Source: a virus
Lineage: Duplodnaviria > Heunggongvirae > Uroviricota > Caudoviricetes
Strand: one strand, 5' to 3'
DNA: 9,272 bases
Virus record (IMG/VR): IMGVR_UViG_2695420685_000020
Positions 6,575 to 9,272 of the stretch are shown here, in pieces. The position numbers and the translations under genes were made by a program. Each line of letters begins with the position of its first letter. The stretch's first letter is position 1. Below the pieces are notes generated by a model. The model was not told where the DNA came from and searched no databases. It was given only the letters and a program-made list of their open reading frames with translations.

Positions 6575-6820
6575 TTAATGGTTGAATGGTGAGCTGTAAC
6601 AGCCTTTAACTTTTCGGACAACAGCCGGTGCTGTGCTTGCCGGTGCTGGTTTTTCCTCCGTGACCGGAGAACGAATCACGGCACAAATTGACTCATGCGT
6701 TTTAAATGTCGCCGAACAGTAAATATTCTGGCACTGCAGATAACTTTCTTTGACATTGTCACTCACATACCGGCTGGTGCGGGTATGCGCTGAATGACGA
6801 CAGAAAGGGCAGCGCATCAT
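6575..6820 (-). CDS. Ogr/Delta-family zinc-finger late-gene transcriptional activator, 81 aa, single domain
   Basis: ORF track 6575-6877; true start likely ATG at 6820 (MMRCPFCRHSAHTRTSRY...), overlapping the sid stop as ATGA. Cys4 pattern CPFC...CQNIYC as in P2 Ogr (MFHCPLCQHAAHARTSRY...). Confidence 0.85.
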   Translation of the reverse strand: MMRCPFCRHSAHTRTSRYVSDNVKESYLQCQNIYCSATFKTHESICAVIRSPVTEEKPAPASTAPAVVRKVKGCYSSPFNH

Positions 6821-7551
6821 GACAGCAGTCCTCTGGCCTTCAGCTCTGCTCCCTGCTGGTCCATTTTGTCCTGCCACACCTTGCGCTGTGCCGGTGTGCC
6901 TGCCACCTCATAATCCATGTGCGGGAGTGTTGCCGCTGACAGTCCGGCCAGCCGGAGAACCGGCTCACCGCTGAGGCTGATTTGCATCTGTTTAATTTTC
7001 TGCTCCAGCGATGATTTCACCTGCTGCATGACAGCCCTTTCCGGTGCGACGTAACCCTGATGGCCGGTGGTGTTGGCGAGCGGATTTTCCTGTACCAGAA
7101 TGCTCAGATGCATTGCCCGGACAAGCGCCTCACAGGTTTCATTCAGGGCGTGTTCCAGCTCATGCTCTGCATACAGACTCAGAAGGTGATGATGTGCCTT
7201 CCGGTAGGCGGTGGCCGTGCTGTCACACGCCCCTTTCAGGCGTTCGCGTTCAAAATTCAGCACCACGGCCAGATTGTCATATTCCTGTACCAGCTCCCGG
7301 CGTGCCACGCGCTCAATGTGGCGCTGTTTCAGCTCGTCGCTCAGGACACCACCGGCTGCACGAAAGGCCGTGCGCCAGTCGTCAGCGTCGTTTCCGTCGG
7401 CTTGCGCCAGCGCATTTTTTTCCTGCTCTGCCCGTTCAATGGCCGTGACGGTCTCATCCATCAGGCGGGCGTTCTCAAGATGAGCGACTCTGGCCTTTTC
7501 CAGTTGTGCCAGCGCGGGTTGCAGATATTCAGGGATGGTGTTGTCAGACAT
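6817..7551 (-). CDS. sid: Sid (capsid size determination, external scaffold) protein of P4-type satellites, 244 aa
   Basis: ORF track 6817-7569. ATG at 7551 (MSDNTIPEYLQPALAQLEKAR...) has a GAGGA Shine-Dalgarno 8 nt upstream and gives 244 aa, the length I recall for P4 Sid. Gene order sid-delta-psu matches P4. Confidence 0.85.
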   Translation of the reverse strand: MSDNTIPEYLQPALAQLEKARVAHLENARLMDETVTAIERAEQEKNALAQADGNDADDWRTAFRAAGGVLSDELKQRHIERVARRELVQEYDNLAVVLNFERERLKGACDSTATAYRKAHHHLLSLYAEHELEHALNETCEALVRAMHLSILVQENPLANTTGHQGYVAPERAVMQQVKSSLEQKIKQMQISLSGEPVLRLAGLSAATLPHMDYEVAGTPAQRKVWQDKMDQQGAELKARGLLS

Positions 7552-7623
7552 TTTCCGGCTCCTCGTCACTTCAGGTTAAGAAAATTGTGACGTACACCGG
7601 ACAACAACACGACGCATTGCAGA

Positions 7624-7641
7624 TGTGCCAGCCCTGACACA
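7624..7641. promoter_or_regulatory. Delta/Ogr-type activator dyad TGT-N12-ACA upstream of sid (candidate Psid activator site)
   Basis: TGTgccagccctgacACA at 7624-7641. Centre is about 80 bp upstream of the sid ATG, compatible with an activator site centred near -55 and a 20-30 nt leader. A second dyad, TGTgacgtacaccggACA, lies at 7586-7603. Confidence 0.45.
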
Positions 7642-7720
7642 GGAGACTCATCCTCAGACCGGCAAGCCAGGAAAAGGTCGCAGGAAAAACCGGCTTACTG
7701 TTTGTTTTTTTATATTTTAC

Positions 7721-7824
7721 TGTTCACCTCTGTTCACCTTAATAAAAAAGATAAGTAATACAGTAAATTAAATGGTGAACAATCGCAGTAATGACTGTTC
7801 ACCGTCTGTTCACCACTGTTCACC
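7721..7824. repeat. Iteron cluster of the octamer TGTTCACC (crr-like cis replication region / alpha primase binding sites)
   Basis: Direct copies at 7721-7728, 7731-7738, 7796-7803, 7807-7814, 7817-7824 and one inverted copy GGTGAACA at 7774-7781. TGTTCACC is the type I iteron of P4 ori/crr as I recall it. Located between sid and vis. Confidence 0.65.
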
Positions 7825-7982
7825 CGTTCATGGACTTTTTGTGCTGTTTATTACTTTTTATTTTTATTAATTAACTGAAATAAATAAGAAAAAACAATTT
7901 GTATTTCACTATAATTTTTTCCAGCTCCTTCCAGAGCGTTTTAAAGCCATCTGGCGCTGATGTACAAAAAATACACAGCCAT

Positions 7983-8000
7983 TGTAAGACTGCCGGAACA
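7983..8000. promoter_or_regulatory. Delta/Ogr-type dyad TGT-N12-ACA upstream of vis (candidate late-left promoter activator site)
   Basis: TGTaagactgccggaACA at 7983-8000, about 110 bp upstream of the vis ATG. Confidence 0.4.
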
Positions 8001-8102
8001 AATCCCCCCTGTTGCGTCTGCCGAAAATATTCACAAAATAAAGCGCTACCCGAAGCCGGACGGACTTATCCGGTGCTGTATGGACATTAACGAGGTAGCC
8101 CG

Positions 8103-8369
8103 ATGCAAGCTGTTTTTTCTTCCCCGTCTCCCGCCCCTGTGACGCCACTGATGCCGCTGCCGGACATCACACAGGAGCGTTTTCTACGTCTTCCGGAAGT
8201 GATGCACCTGTGCGGCCTGTCACGCTCGACCATCTACGAACTCATCCGTAAGGGGGAATTTCCGCCGCAGGTGAGTCTTGGCGGTAAAAATGTGGCCTGG
8301 CTGCACTCTGAAGTCACCGCATGGATGGCCGGGCGCATTGCCGGACGCAAACGGGGGTACGACGCATGA
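8103..8369 (+). CDS. vis: Vis/AlpA-family small DNA-binding regulator (P4 Vis-like), 88 aa
   Basis: ORF track 8103-8369. ATG with GAGGT 7 nt upstream. AlpA-type HTH segment [45 protein letters not shown]. Length equals P4 orf88 (vis) as I recall it. Confidence 0.8.
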   Translation: MQAVFSSPSPAPVTPLMPLPDITQERFLRLPEVMHLCGLSRSTIYELIRKGEFPPQVSLGGKNVAWLHSEVTAWMAGRIAGRKRGYDA

Positions 8370-8404
8370 TGATGCCCGCTCTGCAAAAACTCCCTTTTTC
8401 TGGC

Positions 8405-8434
8405 TTGCCTTTTTCCGGCATTTGCGGATATAGT
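8405..8434 (+). promoter_or_regulatory. Candidate sigma70 promoter (TTGCCT-N18-TATAGT) for the immunity/left operon (PLE-like)
   Basis: -35 TTGCCT at 8405-8410 and -10 TATAGT at 8429-8434, just downstream of vis and upstream of the complementary-box leader. Confidence 0.35.
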
Positions 8435-8465
8435 TTTTCCGCTGCCGCAAAATCGGCAGCCGGGC

Positions 8466-8757
8466 GTGAGAACCCGAGCAATTCACAGGCGACATATGAC
8501 GCGCCACGCGTCTTTTTTTGTGTCGCAATCAATGCCACAGAGCGCCAGATTATGGTGTGGTGTGTGGTCAGTCGTGCAGATGGCATTCCGTGCATCCTGC
8601 CCGCGTCCGCTCATTATGCCGCAGAGTCAATGGTAGCTCAGGCGGGGCAGCCTCCGGGCTGGCCGGTATCCTGTGAAGCCGGTATTCTCACCCCCGTCTG
8701 GGCTATCGCCATCGAGCGTGAGAACTCCGGCGATAGCGTTATTTGCTATTCACAGGA
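8466..8757 (+). ncRNA. Immunity-type leader with CI/c4-like antisense boxes: box A 8466-8489, complementary box B 8669-8691, box C 8718-8757 (overlaps the RBS of the downstream small ORF); RNA boundaries unknown
   Basis: GTGAGAA...TTCACAGG occurs at 8466-8489 and at 8718-8757. Its reverse complement CCTGTGAA...TTCTCAC occurs between them at 8670-8691. Box C ends in AGGAGG, the Shine-Dalgarno of the ORF starting at 8768. Confidence 0.35.
8498..8519 (+). terminator. Intrinsic terminator: GACGCG-cca-CGCGTC followed by T7
   Basis: 6-bp GC stem at 8498-8503 / 8507-8512 with T-run at 8513-8519, about 60-80 nt downstream of the candidate promoter. Confidence 0.5.
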
Positions 8758-8767
8758 GGCTGCCATC

Positions 8768-8965
8768 ATGGCTACAACCCTTACCCCCTCACACCCTGAA
8801 TTTGTCTTTGTGTTTGCGGCTGTCCGTCGCGCAGACCGTCATCCCCGTATCTGTATGCTTCGCACCGTCGCCGGTGATGAACGCAGTGCCCGCCGTTCCC
8901 TTGTCCGTGACTATGTGCTCTCCCTTGCTGCCCGTCTGCCGGTGGTGGAGGTGTCCCGTGCGTAA
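8768..8965 (+). CDS. Small Icd/Kil-like protein (65 aa), first gene after the immunity leader
   Basis: ATG at 8768 with AGGAGG 8 nt upstream ([65 protein letters not shown]). It is the C-terminal part of track ORF 8321-8965, whose upstream portion is the non-coding leader. Family assignment is by position and recollection of P4-like annotations only. Confidence 0.55.
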
Positions 8966-9245
8966 TAAAAAAGCCCCTCAGACCGTCTCAGCACGTCATG
9001 ACGCCCGTGAACACCTCAGCATTGAGGCTTACCATAAGCTCAACCGCGCCAGCGCCGTATCCCAGTTTGTTGGGGGTGATTTGATTCACCGTGAACTCTC
9101 CGGCCTGCATCAGCTCTACATTCCGCATATTTTCAGTTACCTGAATGAAGATATTGATTTTGTGCTGAATGAACTGAAAGCCAAAGGCCTGTGCCGCGAT
9201 TTTCTCGCCCAGCAGAAAGACCGGGGAGACAGGACGCATGTTTGA
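8958..9245 (+). CDS. Hypothetical protein (95 aa) with GTG start overlapping the preceding stop (GTGCGTAA)
   Basis: Open frame to TGA at 9243-9245 with no in-frame ATG. GTG at 8958 is preceded by GGAGGT (8947-8952) at 5-nt spacing. Corresponds to the 3' part of track ORF 8673-9245. Confidence 0.45.
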
Positions 9246-9272
9246 TTTTCCCCAGCCCGGTGAGATTTACCG
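9238..9272 (+). CDS. 5' end of a further ORF ([11 protein letters not shown]...), partial, continues past the right edge
   Basis: ATG at 9238 overlaps the preceding TGA (ATGTTTGA), with GGGGAGA/AGGA upstream. Only 11 codons are visible. Confidence 0.25.
   Translation, partial: MFDFPQPGEIY

Noticed and set aside
6821-6877. 19-aa N-terminal extension of the Delta ORF (track start at 6877)
   Set aside because: Would overlap the end of sid in another frame; the ATG at 6820 gives the canonical MxCPxC Ogr/Delta N-terminus and ATGA coupling.
7044-7590. Three plus-strand ORFs (134, 176 and 90 aa) inside sid
   Set aside because: Antisense to sid in GC-rich DNA where long spurious ORFs are expected; Arg/Ser/Pro-rich translations.
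7721-7824. CRISPR array as an explanation for the TGTTCACC repeats
   Set aside because: Repeat unit is only 8 bp, spacing is irregular (2-35 bp), one copy is inverted and there are no cas genes; matches replication iterons instead.
7899-8148. Small ORFs 7899-8090 (+), 7960-8142 (+) and 7909-8148 (-)
   Set aside because: Lie in the divergent promoter region between the iterons and vis; overlapping each other with no start signals.
8220-8595. Minus-strand ORFs of 102 and 93 aa
   Set aside because: Antisense to vis and to the immunity leader; no start context.
8321-8767. Upstream 149 codons of the 214-aa track ORF 8321-8965 as coding sequence
   Set aside because: This stretch contains a promoter-like element, an intrinsic terminator and the complementary boxes. 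Only the last 65 codons, from the ATG at 8768 with an AGGAGG site, look like a gene.
8673-8957. Upstream part of the 190-aa track ORF 8673-9245
   Set aside because: Overlaps the icd/kil-like gene in another frame; a GTG with a strong Shine-Dalgarno at 8958 explains the downstream open frame.
1657-9272. attR or the right boundary of the prophage
   Set aside because: Looked for a second copy of the leuX 3' end within the window and found none; the element evidently extends past 9272.

Overview
This window reads as an Escherichia coli-type chromosome at the leuX (tRNA-Leu, anticodon CAA) locus. The left 1.7 kb is core genome: the end of an IS1 copy (1-104) abutting the 3' part of a gluconokinase gene (idnK-like, 105-353), the aldehyde reductase gene ahr/yjgB (357-1376, minus strand) and leuX (1572-1656). 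Everything to the right of leuX looks like a P4-type satellite prophage that runs off the right edge. In order: a P4-family tyrosine integrase (1809-3095); a visibly A+T-rich cargo module in the int-to-cos hotspot encoding a controller-protein-regulated Type II restriction-modification system (C 3263-3568, R 3561-4379, convergent m5C methyltransferase 4418-5671); an exact P2/P4-type 19-nt cos sequence (5805-5823); the late operon psu-delta-sid on the minus strand (5988-7551); Delta-type TGT-N12-ACA dyads; a cluster of TGTTCACC iterons (crr-like, 7721-7824); a vis/AlpA-like gene (8103-8369); and an immunity-type leader with a candidate promoter, an intrinsic terminator and three mutually complementary sequence boxes immediately upstream of a small Icd/Kil-like ORF (8768-8965). 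The most interesting content is the R-M cargo carried inside a cos-bearing, P2-mobilisable satellite, and the RNA-based immunity region. From memory this R-M system resembles the published EcoO109I system (C-box CTAAG-N5-CTTAG, 272-aa endonuclease, P4-like context), so it is probably a known system rather than an undescribed one; I could not run any search to confirm. All coordinates were derived by hand from the sequence and the ORF track, which reports GTG/TTG starts as M.
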